Origin: the human T2T-CHM13v2.0 reference genome, Homo sapiens
Reading direction: 5' to 3' (one strand)
Assembly (NCBI RefSeq): GCF_009914755.1
Contig: NC_060931.1
DNA: 64,000 bases
Positions within the stretch are counted from its first letter, which is position 1. Every line of letters starts with the position of its first letter. The notes beneath the pieces were generated by a model. That model had not been told where the DNA came from and did no database searches. It worked only from the letters and a program-made list of their open reading frames with translations. Shown piece by piece: positions 51,733-64,000 of this stretch. The position numbers and the translations under genes were made by a program.

Positions 51733-54700
51733 CTATAGAATACTGTGGATGGCACTTTTTACAAGGAATTATCTTTTAGAAACTATTTACAATATAAACC
51801 AACATTGCAAGACTTTATATGTACATTTTAGAAAACTAAGGATATATGTGTGCATGGATAAATAAAATAATATGTGAGCTCTATCTATTTTGCCCTGTGA
51901 GATGTATCAATCATAGCATCCAGAGTAAGTGGGTACAGAATTTAAGATCAAAATCTCTCCAGTTCCATGGACAGCTCCTATGAACAAAAGCCAAAGAGTG
52001 TGATTACCATCTCACTGAGAATTTCCCTCTGTTTACTCTGTCCTCTTCCCAGATATTATTCTTAGCTGCCTTACCATTTCCTTTTAAATCTCATTTTCCA
52101 AATGTCCACCACTGAGCCTGGGCAGTCTTCAGTTTAGACATAAAGGCTTATAGAAGACAACAAAAGTATGTATCCAGCATGTAAACAAAAATATGCTCCT
52201 TGTCACAAGGAGTTTACATTAAAGGTAAAGAAATTTCTCAAGTTTCATATATACAAATTTGTGTAAACCCTATGGAGAACTCCAAAGAGGAGCCATTTTC
52301 TTATTAAGTACCATTTTTCTCAGTATTTAAAACATACAAGGGAAGAAAGCAACAATTTAGCCCTTTGTATAAAAGAAACAGGATCAGGTTCGTTTCCTGT
52401 TCCTCTTCCTTAGAGACAACTACATCCATTTCTGATCATTTTCGTACCTGCTGTGGTTCAGTCAACTTCTCTAATAGTTGTGGAATGTGAAACATCTACA
52501 TAAGATTGTGGGAGACCTTTTTTTTTTCCTACAGTCACTACCAGATGCAAACAAGGTGATATGTCCCTGCATGCTACTATTGCTAAACTGTGAGCAAAGA
52601 AAGGAAAAAGACTGATTTAGAGCATACATTTAAGATGCTTGTTAAGTGAAATGTCAAGTAGATTCATGTCTTGCCTTGTTGATCACCAGCCAATCAATGA
52701 CTCTTAAACCTGAAATGACCAGGTCAACTTGCTACCACTGCTACCAAGTGAGAGAGAGACTGCATAGATCATCACTCAGAATGACAATTACTATGTAGAG
52801 CTATAGTAATTCCATAAGCCCTGGCCATTGTCTTGCTTAGCAAGAGGCTTCCTATGCTCTCACAGCTAAATACCAGCTCACTCAGATCCTGACACAAGGG
52901 AAACAAAAAGGCCTTTGGGATATCAACTCCCTGGTGACCCAGGTCTGATCAGAATTGAATTTTACTCCGCTTAGAACAAGTTTTTGTGTTTTTTTTTTTT
53001 AAGGATTATGGTAAATGAAGCCTTTGAGTGAGCTGTGTTCTTTCTTTTGCATATAAATGAATATAAATATGAATATGAATACAATCAATAGATAGACATC
53101 TGCCATCTTCTTACCACTGCCACCCATCCCAGTGACTTTTTGTTGTTTACTCAGACTAAAATGTCATCATAAGATAAAAATCCATCTATATTTCTATTTG
53201 GGATCAATACTACATATTTACTGTTACTTGTCATCCTTTGATATGTGTACTTGTTGTAGCATGTAATCCTTAAATTTGGTCTGGAGATGTGAAGATTTCA
53301 TCAAATCCCCCAAGATCAAAAGCCTTAAAATTTTTGTTTGCATTTACATGCAAAGCTTACAAAGTTCTCAAGGGGGAAACAGTGATAAGAGCATTCTTCA
53401 AACGCTTGTTAATTGTTAACTGTCAAATCCTGATGGTGAAATCTCAGAGGTTTGTTTTAACAGGGGTAAAAACATGATGTTAATTTTAAGTTTTCTTAAA
53501 CTCAGTGGTGAACACTAACAATATTTTTTCTCACCAGCTCACTTAAAATATAAGTGTAATTGTTAGTCAAAGCTAAAAGTCATACAAAAACATCAACTTG
53601 TTTTCACTCTTTGAAAGACAGATGTAGAGTCTGCCTGGAGGATCATAATTAAGGCAAACTAAGTGGGGAAACTGGTATTTTAGGCACATTATTTTAAATC
53701 ACTCAAGTCCCTAAAGAAATTTTCAGTAACAGCTGTTACTTTGATCATCCTAATACCGTTGAAAAATAATATGTAAGATTAGACTACTATATATCCCTAA
53801 AATTAGCAATGAGCTGAAAGATAGAGATATACATCACATTTTTTAATCTGCCTGTCTTACTTCAGGATGACTTAATTAACAATGAAACCATCTGAAAAGA
53901 CGATGCTAAATCAACTCAATAAAGAGACCTACTATTCAGCACCTAAGATCACAAGTTCAAGTATATTATAAAGTGTATATGTGTATTAATATATTACTTT
54001 ATATATAATTGTATTTCTATAAAATAAAACTGAATTAATCATTTACAAAATAATAAAAATCACTTTGGCTAATTTTATAAATAATAATTTTTTAAAACCT
54101 CATTTTTATGATGAAATATGCAAATTATTATATGAACACTTCTCAAACCCATACTTCTTAATGGTCTAGTATTACAGTTCACATATAATCTATATCCTAA
54201 TGAGCCTAGTTGTCGATGACATTCTCTGTACACATAGTCTTCAGAACTGGCAGGATTTTCACAGTAACTGACCATCTTCCACCTTAAAATATTCAGTGAT
54301 AATGATGGCTCTCCCATTTTTTAAATCTCTAGATCAAGCTATTTAATATATTAATACTATCAAAACAGAAAATCGTATAGATAATTTTTTTTTAAAAAAG
54401 CAAAAATTTTTTTGTTCGTTTTTGTTTAGAATAGTGTACCCAGAAATATTTACTTCTATTCAGGAGGTAATAAAAAGTGATAAAGAATTTTGCCTAGTTT
54501 ACTTTCTAATATTTCCTATATATAATACGTACTGCATATTCTAACATTTCCCATTTTACATTTCTTGAAGAGATTGAATCAGTGCAATTTCATGCCTACA
54601 GATTTTCAGTTTCTAACGTTCAATGACTAAATGGTGGGTGACTGAGCAATTCTAAATTGTGCTTTTAAGAGGAATAACTGTCCAAAAGGAACTCATTTAG

Positions 54701-55554
54701 TAGCTCACTTTCTGTGTGAACATTTGTCATTTACTTTTCTTATTTTTTTAACTGTTTATTGTAATTAGTAGAAATATTTTTATCATTTCCATTTGTTTTT
54801 CTCTGATCGGCCTGAGTGGTAACATTATTCCTGGAAATGCAAGTCAGGGGAAGGAGAGCACTTCCAGGAATATAACCACAATGAAGTGATTTGGCCTAAA
54901 TATAGGCATTTTAATTGAGTGCATGTAGACACAGAACATTTCCTAAGAATAGTGTAAAATCTCCAACTGTGATTTCAAATTAAGATGCTATTGAAAACTC
55001 TCAAGCCTATTTCCTTAGCTCAACTTTACTATTTTAATCCTCAGCATGAAGAGGTACGGAAAAGTCATACACAGACTCTGAAAAGGCTAATCATTTTACT
55101 CTAATAACTTTTGTTTTTTATTTTAGAATTTGCTGTAACCCACATATACTCTTCTCTGAGAAAAGGTAACTATTGTGATTTACATTTTAACAGTGATCAT
55201 AAGAAAATATTTTTCAGCATTTTGGATACTTGAGGGCTAATCAGGCACTAAATTAGGTACTGGTGGTCACTAGGGGCAGACATGCAAAGACCCTCTTCCC
55301 TGTATTTCAGTTGTTCAGTGATACTTTAGGTGCACAACATAATCCTGTATAAGATCTGAATCCCTGAAGTTAGAATAAATTATGTGCAAGTTAGTTTCAG
55401 CATTAACTGAATTTTAATGTTATAGTCTTTGAAAATCAATTGTTGATACAGAGCTACTCCCAATCATATGAATACTTTAATTACCAGAACACTCTATGTC
55501 ATAACTGCCTTTTTAAGTTGATGTTAGTAATAAAATGCTCCTTAGAAGTTTTGT

Positions 55555-55867
<313 letters not shown>

Positions 55868-56572
55868 TTAGTAGTTGATACTCTACTAAAATTTCTCTTT
55901 TTCCACCATCATTTTAGTGTATTTCTTGAGATACTGCTTCTAATTGAGATTATCACTCTCCTTATACTACAGTGCCTGGGATTCTTCTTTGTTTAGCCAT
56001 AGAAGTTACCAAAGCCTTTTATGCAGCTCCTGATTGCAAAGATTCCACTAGTATTAAATATCAAGCACACCAAAGTTTGGTTCACAGACATGCACAAAAG
56101 AGTAAGCAAATTAATTACTTTTACTATCCTAAGATAACAAAGAACAAAACAAATAAATTTTCCTTTGGTTTACCTTTGGTATCCTAGCACTCTATTTTGC
56201 ATGAATCCTTCAGCACATCACGAGTGAAGACAAAGTTTGGAGCTAAGAGCTGATAAGACTAAATCAAAGATGTTTTTTCTCCCTAAGACCTTCTGTGAAA
56301 ACAATGTTAAATTATTCTCGTTCTGAGAATGAAGACCATCACCCGGAGAAAAGCTATTTTGTTCCTGTGTGTGCATCTATGAGGTTTGGAAGTGCTAGTA
56401 GTGGTAAGATAGGACAAAGACAAGAGGTCTTATGGTGGGGTGGTACCCAGCAACATATAATCATAAGAACTCAGAATTATCATGTCCTGCATTTTGCATT
56501 GTGTGCATATCAATTTTGACAGTTGCTCTGCATAATTGTCTCACAAGACTTAAATTTTACACTAACTGCAGG

Positions 56573-57882
<1,310 letters not shown>

Positions 57883-58124
57883 TCTATCTTTATATTTCAT
57901 TGCAATAAATGATGGCATAAGAGGAACTGTGCAGAAAAACAAGGCATATTTGAGCCCACATGAAACTCGGGTCAGACAGAATATTTTATAATGTAGTAAA
58001 ATAACGGTAAAGTATAGGTCAGAGACAGGATGTAATTTTACAGGTGTTTTAATCACAACATCTACTAAAGAAAGAACCAAATCTTAGGAGAAAAATGAGG
58101 TGTAGCTCTGATTACTATTACTAA

Positions 58125-58593
<469 letters not shown>

Positions 58594-59188
58594 AGGTCTG
58601 ATTATTTCAAGGATTAAATGAAACCAATTATGTAAGCACTAAGTATAGTGCCTAATTAACACTTGGTAAATGCTAAAAAAAGTTAATTATTATGATTTCT
58701 TCCAACACTCTGACATTTAAAAAAATTTTCTTTCTCTTCGATTGCAATGATGAATCTACATATAGTTCATTCCTTGTCAGAAAAGCACTTGCATTTCTAT
58801 CCCCAAAGAGGGTGCTGACACTGAGCTAAAGGAAATCTCAGAAGACAACCTCTCCCAGCAGACCACCAGCACGATCTTTGACATGCTTTTCTTTCCAAAG
58901 ATGACCTCTTTTTCCTGGGTTAAAGTTGAGTATCCGGGCATTAACTGCTACTTGGAAAAGTGCTGAGTGGCTGATGTATGCTGTCAGCATTATTCGAGGC
59001 CAGCCGGGGAATGTCTACATGGCCCATTCCTTTCCATTTGCATTTGGCAAAGACTTAAATTGTGACACTTAGGAAGGTGGAAAGTAATGAAAATGCATGG
59101 TTCTTTCCAGTCATATCATACACACTCTTAATATTCCATCTTCCCAATAGTGTGTTGAACTAGTAGAAACAACAATGAAAATGACAGA

Positions 59189-59271
59189 AACCAGGCATGG
59201 TAAGCTCAAGCCTGTAATCCCAGCACTTCGGGAAGTTGAGGTAGAAGAATAGCATACCCCAGGACCCTGTC

Positions 59272-59308
<37 letters not shown>

Positions 59309-59452
59309 AAAATTCAGCTGGGTGTGGTAGCGTGTGCCTGTAGTCCCAGCTACTTGGGAGGCTAAGGTGGAAGGATCATTTGAGGTGGAGACTGCAAACT
59401 GTGATTGTGCCATTGTACTCCAACCTGTGTGACAGAGTGAGACCCCACCTAA
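59189..59452 (+). mobile_element. Degenerate Alu (AluJ) with deletions and an expanded central poly-A
   Basis: cctgtaatcccagcac..A-run of about 30 nt..cctgtagtcccagctacttgggagg..gacagagtgagac. Confidence 0.88.
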
Positions 59453-59475
59453 GACAGACAGACAGAAAAAGCAAT

Positions 59476-59595
59476 GGAAAGGAAAGGAAAGGAAAGGAAA
59501 GGAAAGGAAAGGAAAGGAAAGGAAAGGAAAGGAAAGGAAAGGAAAGGAAAGGAAAGGAAAGGAAAGGAAAGGAAAGGAAAGGAAAGGAAAGGAAA
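59476..59595 (+). repeat. Perfect (GGAAA)24 pentanucleotide repeat
   Basis: 24 uninterrupted units counted. Confidence 0.97.
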
Positions 59596-59918
59596 GGGTG
59601 AAACCATCATCTGAAGGAAAGTCTAGTCATTGCAGACAAATTTAAGAATTAGTCTGTCTGTTCCCTATTCTCCCACTAAACGATCTGTAGAAAGTTAAAT
59701 AGCACCTTTTCCCCATCTGTAAAAAAAAGAGTAGTCACAATTATTAAATAAAAATGGCATAAAATATGCATCTATATCAACAAACAGGTAAATAATAAAC
59801 GATTTACTTTAAGGAGTCTTTGGTCTGACCTGACACAATTTATGTTCATCACTGGGCTTGATAGACTTGACTTTCTCCTTCTTCCCTCCCCATTATGAAC
59901 CCCAAAAAGTCTCTTGTC

Positions 59919-60150
59919 CTTTTTTTTTTTTTTTTTAGACAGGGTCTCGCTTTGTTACCTAGGCTGGAATGTAGTGGTGCAATTATGGCTCACCGAAGCC
60001 CTGAACTCCTGGGCTCACATGATCCTCCCACCTCAGCCTCCTGAGTAGCTAGGACTATAGACACATGCCACCATGCCCAGCTAATTTTTTTTTCTTTTGG
60101 TACAGACAAAGTCTTACTGTGTTGCACAGACTGGTCTTGAACACCTGGCT
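59919..60150 (-). mobile_element. 5'-truncated Alu (AluJ)
   Basis: TSD aagtct(c/t)ttgtcctt. Confidence 0.92.
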
Positions 60151-60200
60151 TTAAGTCTTTTGTCCTTATTAACAACAGTCATTTGTTAAAATCTTGTGAA

Positions 60201-60481
60201 AGGTCTGTGCAGTGGCTCGTGCCTGTAATCCCAGCACTCGGGGAAGTCAAGGGAGAAGGATAGCTTGAGAACAGGAGTTTGAAACCAGCCTCAGCAACAT
60301 AGTGAGACCCTGTCTCTACAGAAACTTAAAAAAATCAGCCTGGCATGGCAGTGTGCATCTGTAGTCCCAGCTACTCAAAAGGCTGAGGGTAGCTTGATCC
60401 CAAGAGTTCACGGTTGCAGCGAGCCATGATCATTCCAGCCTGGGTGACAGAGCAAGACCAGTCTTTGGAAAAAAACAAAAA
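60201..60481 (+). mobile_element. Alu (AluJ)
   Basis: Diverged dimer; TSD-like aaaa..ttgtga. Confidence 0.92.
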
Positions 60482-61207
60482 CGTTGTGACATTTTCCAGC
60501 AAAGGCAGGAAGAGGCAACCACCTCTCAAGTTAGAATCATCTATTGCACTTGTTCTTCTAAAATCCTTTTCTCTTCTCTCAGAAGTCATTTTTATTTCCT
60601 TATCACTCTGGCAGCCAAGTCCTTTTGGTAACTCTGGTTAGTCTCCGGGGCATTACTTCTCTCTCTTGCTTTCTATGCTATTTGTTTCTTATCTGAGATA
60701 CAATATAGGCAGAATGAGGTGTTTGGGTTTTTTAAAAACCCCAAAGTAACATGCTTCTAAAGTATTTGACAAATAAGACTAGCCTTGTTAAAATGTTTTT
60801 CTCCTCTGACTAGTATTGAGGAAAACATATAAGTACACACATCTTAACAAGCAGTAATTATAGAGTAGATCAAAAATCTAAAACTTGGTCTTCTTAGTGA
60901 AAATAATGATTCCCTATTATCTGAACAACTACCACTTGCAGATGATCGATACAAATATTCTAATTAAGGGTTAGATGAATGAAGATAGCTACAGAGCTAA
61001 GAAAAAGATGGGGACATCAGGTCATAAAAATACTAAAGAATTTTCAAGGTGAGGATTAGTGTTCCCTCTTCAAGATTGTCAATCAGTGGAGGTTTGGGGC
61101 AAGGTAAACCACCTCTGCATAAATTATCCTTTCAGAGACTGATTATCTTATTAAATAGATAAACCCAAACTCAGACAGAAAAGGATTAATCATAAGCAGG
61201 GGAGATT

Positions 61208-61618
61208 CATACATGCATACATATTATATATGCATACACACATACATATTATATATGCATACACACATGCATATTATATATGCATACACATACATCTATT
61301 ACATGCATACACACATACATCTATTACATACATACACACATACATCTATATTACATGCATACACACACATCTATTACATATGTGTACACACATATATGTT
61401 ATATGTGCACGCACACATATGTTATATGTGTGTACACATACATATATGTATGTGTGTACACATACATATATGTCATATGTGTGTACACATACATATATGT
61501 CATATGTGTGGACACATACATATATGTCATATGTGTGGACACATACATATATGTTATATGTGTCGACACATACATATATGCTATATATGTGGACACACAT
61601 ACATATTTCATATATATG
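61208..61618. repeat. CA/TA/TG-rich minisatellite (about 23-25-bp units grading into 27-bp units)
   Basis: catatgtgtg(g/t)acacatacatatatgt recurs at 61474, 61501, 61528 and 61555. Confidence 0.93.
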
Positions 61619-62439
61619 AAAATGTCGAAGTTCAGAGTATAAGGAGGGAAAATTAATAAATAACAAATTTAGAAGGAAAAGGTAAGCAGGACAATATTTA
61701 TTATGCCAGTTTAAAGACTAAAACCTATTAATAAATTTCCTGCCCAAGTCTTCAAAATTGTTCTCACTCTCCTTCAATCTTCCAGCCTCAGACAATGAGA
61801 TTATATATACACATACAATCATCCACTGAGACAATTGGGTTACATATACCAGTTTTATACTTCCTCTAGGGCTTTCTAGCATTGCTTGAAATCTAATAGG
61901 AACGGAATATTATGAAGGAAAATGAGTCTGTACAGTCCACTTCAGACTTAATTTCATGCAATGTATTTAAAATACTCCTATAATTTACTTGAATACCTAT
62001 GCCCACTATATAATAAAGAGAATGAGTAGTATGTATCAATAAAGAAACAGAAAAGGAATTGGTGCCCCCAGCCCTGACCCCTAGTGGAGTCAACAAACTG
62101 CATGGCAAATTATTACTATTTCTCCACCCCTGCATGGTCAATCTCACATTGAATAAATTTTCTCTAATATATATTACAAAACATCAGGCATATCAACCTG
62201 GTTTCTTAAATAAAATTGGCACCATAGCCTATAGAATGTAGCCTGATATTCAAGGTCAGCTCCACACACCCCCATACATAGTCCCAATCTTTTCCTACCA
62301 TATCTCTCAGCACTTGCTTATAAAAACTCTCCACTCCAGCCAGCCTAGTATACTCCCCATTCCCCTGCATATTCTCATTTCTCTTATATCAGGCCATCTG
62401 GAAAGTAAATGGAATGTCATCCCCAATAAAACAATTTGA

Positions 62440-62811
62440 ACAACAAAGTAAAATACTATTGGCTTATAACCAAAAAAAAAAAAAAATCTGAGTCCATACT
62501 GATATAAATAAATGATTAAATAAACAAATAAAAGAACAGACTAATCTCCCAATTAGAATAATTCCCAATAATTTATGTAAATACTCCATCCTCAAAGAAG
62601 TAAACATAATTACCCATTCTTTAAGTGTGAGCTGCACACAGTGACTTACTTTGAAAGAGTACAGTATTAAAAAGGGGGAAAAGACAGTAACTTCACAGTA
62701 GAGAAACCTAATGAACACTACCTCAACTGGATGATGACTATCATCTACAGTGATTAGTCATTTTGATATTATGTACTCGATATAATATGATAAAAATAGT
62801 ACTTAACCTGT
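62440..62811 (+). mobile_element. Old L1 (L1MC/MD-like) 3' fragment
   Basis: gagtccatactgatataaataaatg..ctttaagtgtgagctgcacacagtgactt..acttcacagtagagaaacct. Confidence 0.7.
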
Positions 62812-62824
62812 GTTAAGTCAATAA

Positions 62825-63177
62825 TACTATTGACCCTCTGACAATATGTCAGAAGGAGGATCATCTGCTTTGGGCGATCCTGATTCATCAAGCCATGATG
62901 ATGCTGATGGCTGGATGTCAAGGAGCAAAGGACATCAATGACTAACAGGCGAGTAGCTTCTACAGCGTGGATACACTGGACAAAGGGATGATTCACATCC
63001 TGGGCAAGATGGAGCTGGAAGGAATGAGATTTCACCCTGCTACTCAGATCAGCGTGAGATTTAAAACTTAACAAATTGTTTATTTCTGGTATTTTCTATT
63101 CAATATCTTAGAACTGTGATTGACTGTGGGTAACGGAAACTGCAGAAAGCAAAAGTGTGACTAAGGCGACTACTGTA
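62825..63177 (-). mobile_element. TcMar-Tigger MITE fragment (MER44-like), with only one terminus present
   Basis: ggacaaagggatgattcacatcc..gactgtgggtaacggaaac..gactactgTA terminus. Confidence 0.7.
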
Positions 63178-63229
63178 TTTGAAATAGAGGAAACTGGTTA
63201 TATGAGTGATTAAAAGGATAAAACGCAAA

Positions 63230-63530
63230 TTGAGGCAGCCTGCGATAAGCAAAAGCAGAAAGCCAGTGCAATGCCACCCCCTAATCTGGAAGGCCAAGAG
63301 AAGAGGCAGTGTTACTGGAGCCTGGAGAGTGGCATCACTTCATAGAAGCCAGAACCACAGGCAGAGTCTAGAGGAGCCACAGACTTCTTAAGAGTTGTTG
63401 CCTAAGGCAGAGAGGGATTGAGAGAAATACAAGGGCTTCTTCCTTCCTCTTGACTTTTAGCCTACCACTTCCATTCAAAAACCAAGAGTATCTACTGTCC
63501 TGTAACACAGGCCAAGCAGAGAAAAGGTGG
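63230..63530. mobile_element. Old ERVL LTR fragment (LTR16-like)
   Basis: Weak resemblance only (gaggcagtgttactggagcctggagag..gcagagaggga). Confidence 0.3.
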
Positions 63531-64000
63531 GGAATGAATCTATTCAGTCAGGTCTACACAATAAGCTACCACTTTAGGACTATTTCTAGCTTGATGTACA
63601 GTTAGGTCTGGGCAGAGCCAGCAGATTGATTAGTTCTTTTTATTTGGAATTTTCAAAATGTTTTTTATAAGCACTTTCTGTGGTGAACATGAATGCTCAT
63701 TCCCATCTTATAAATGGAAGGTTGAAATAGGGAGAGCTGTTTGTATGAAATCTCAAAGGTCAGTGACAGAGCTGGGGAAAGGATGAGTATTTGTTTAAGT
63801 TGCAGCATTATTTTCTGTTGTTTCATTTTTTTTCTCCATTTTAATTATGCACAGGGTCACTGAAAGAGTTGAAACTAAAACTGGAAGCATAGTACCTTGT
63901 CCAATTAAACTACCAAACTTAGCTTTGGAATAGAGTGGTTTGATTGTTTCCTATAAGGCCAAGATTTGCTCTGAACAAAGCTATAGGTCCACACATTCTA

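Noticed and set aside
52448-52495. Possible 48-nt minus-strand exon (MFHIPQLLEKLTEPQQ, donor CAG|gtacga)
   Set aside because: The acceptor pyrimidine tract is poor and the peptide is unrecognised.
61474-61610. Regularly spaced 27-bp palindromic units as a CRISPR-like array
   Set aside because: Units are contiguous with no unique spacers, the sequence is low-complexity, and the context is primate DNA.
61213-61666. His/Cys/Tyr-rich ORFs resembling metal-binding repeat proteins
   Set aside because: Artefact of a stop-free CA/TA minisatellite that is open in several frames on both strands.

Overview
Primate, almost certainly human, non-coding genomic DNA, either intronic or intergenic; the host locus could not be identified from sequence alone. 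I can support no intact protein-coding gene, RNA gene or CRISPR array. The window is dominated by interspersed repeats: about 30 Alus, four L1PA insertions (including a 5-kb 5'-truncated L1PA4-like copy at 35046-40083), older L1M/HAL1/L2/MIR remnants, MaLR/ERVL LTRs and DNA-transposon MITEs. It also holds a TSD-flanked processed RPL7A pseudogene (25918-26784) and several micro/minisatellites. Nearly all ORFs in the track are artefacts of Alu, L1 or simple repeats. I found no new gene system. The most unusual observation is a mutational scar seen twice independently (39100-39140 and 62801-62834): a 'double fold-back' filler, in which inserted bases are inverted copies of both flanks overlapping by 2 nt. 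Other notable items are an AluYa5-type arm nested in an older Alu, a stacked Alu-Alu-L1 insertion giving a chimeric 411-aa ORF through compensating frameshifts, a tail-less AluY at a deletion, an HNF1/ONECUT/FOX/GATA motif cluster near 21.8 kb, and a candidate 39-nt symmetric microexon. Repeat subfamily names come from my recall of consensus sequences and need RepeatMasker/Dfam confirmation.
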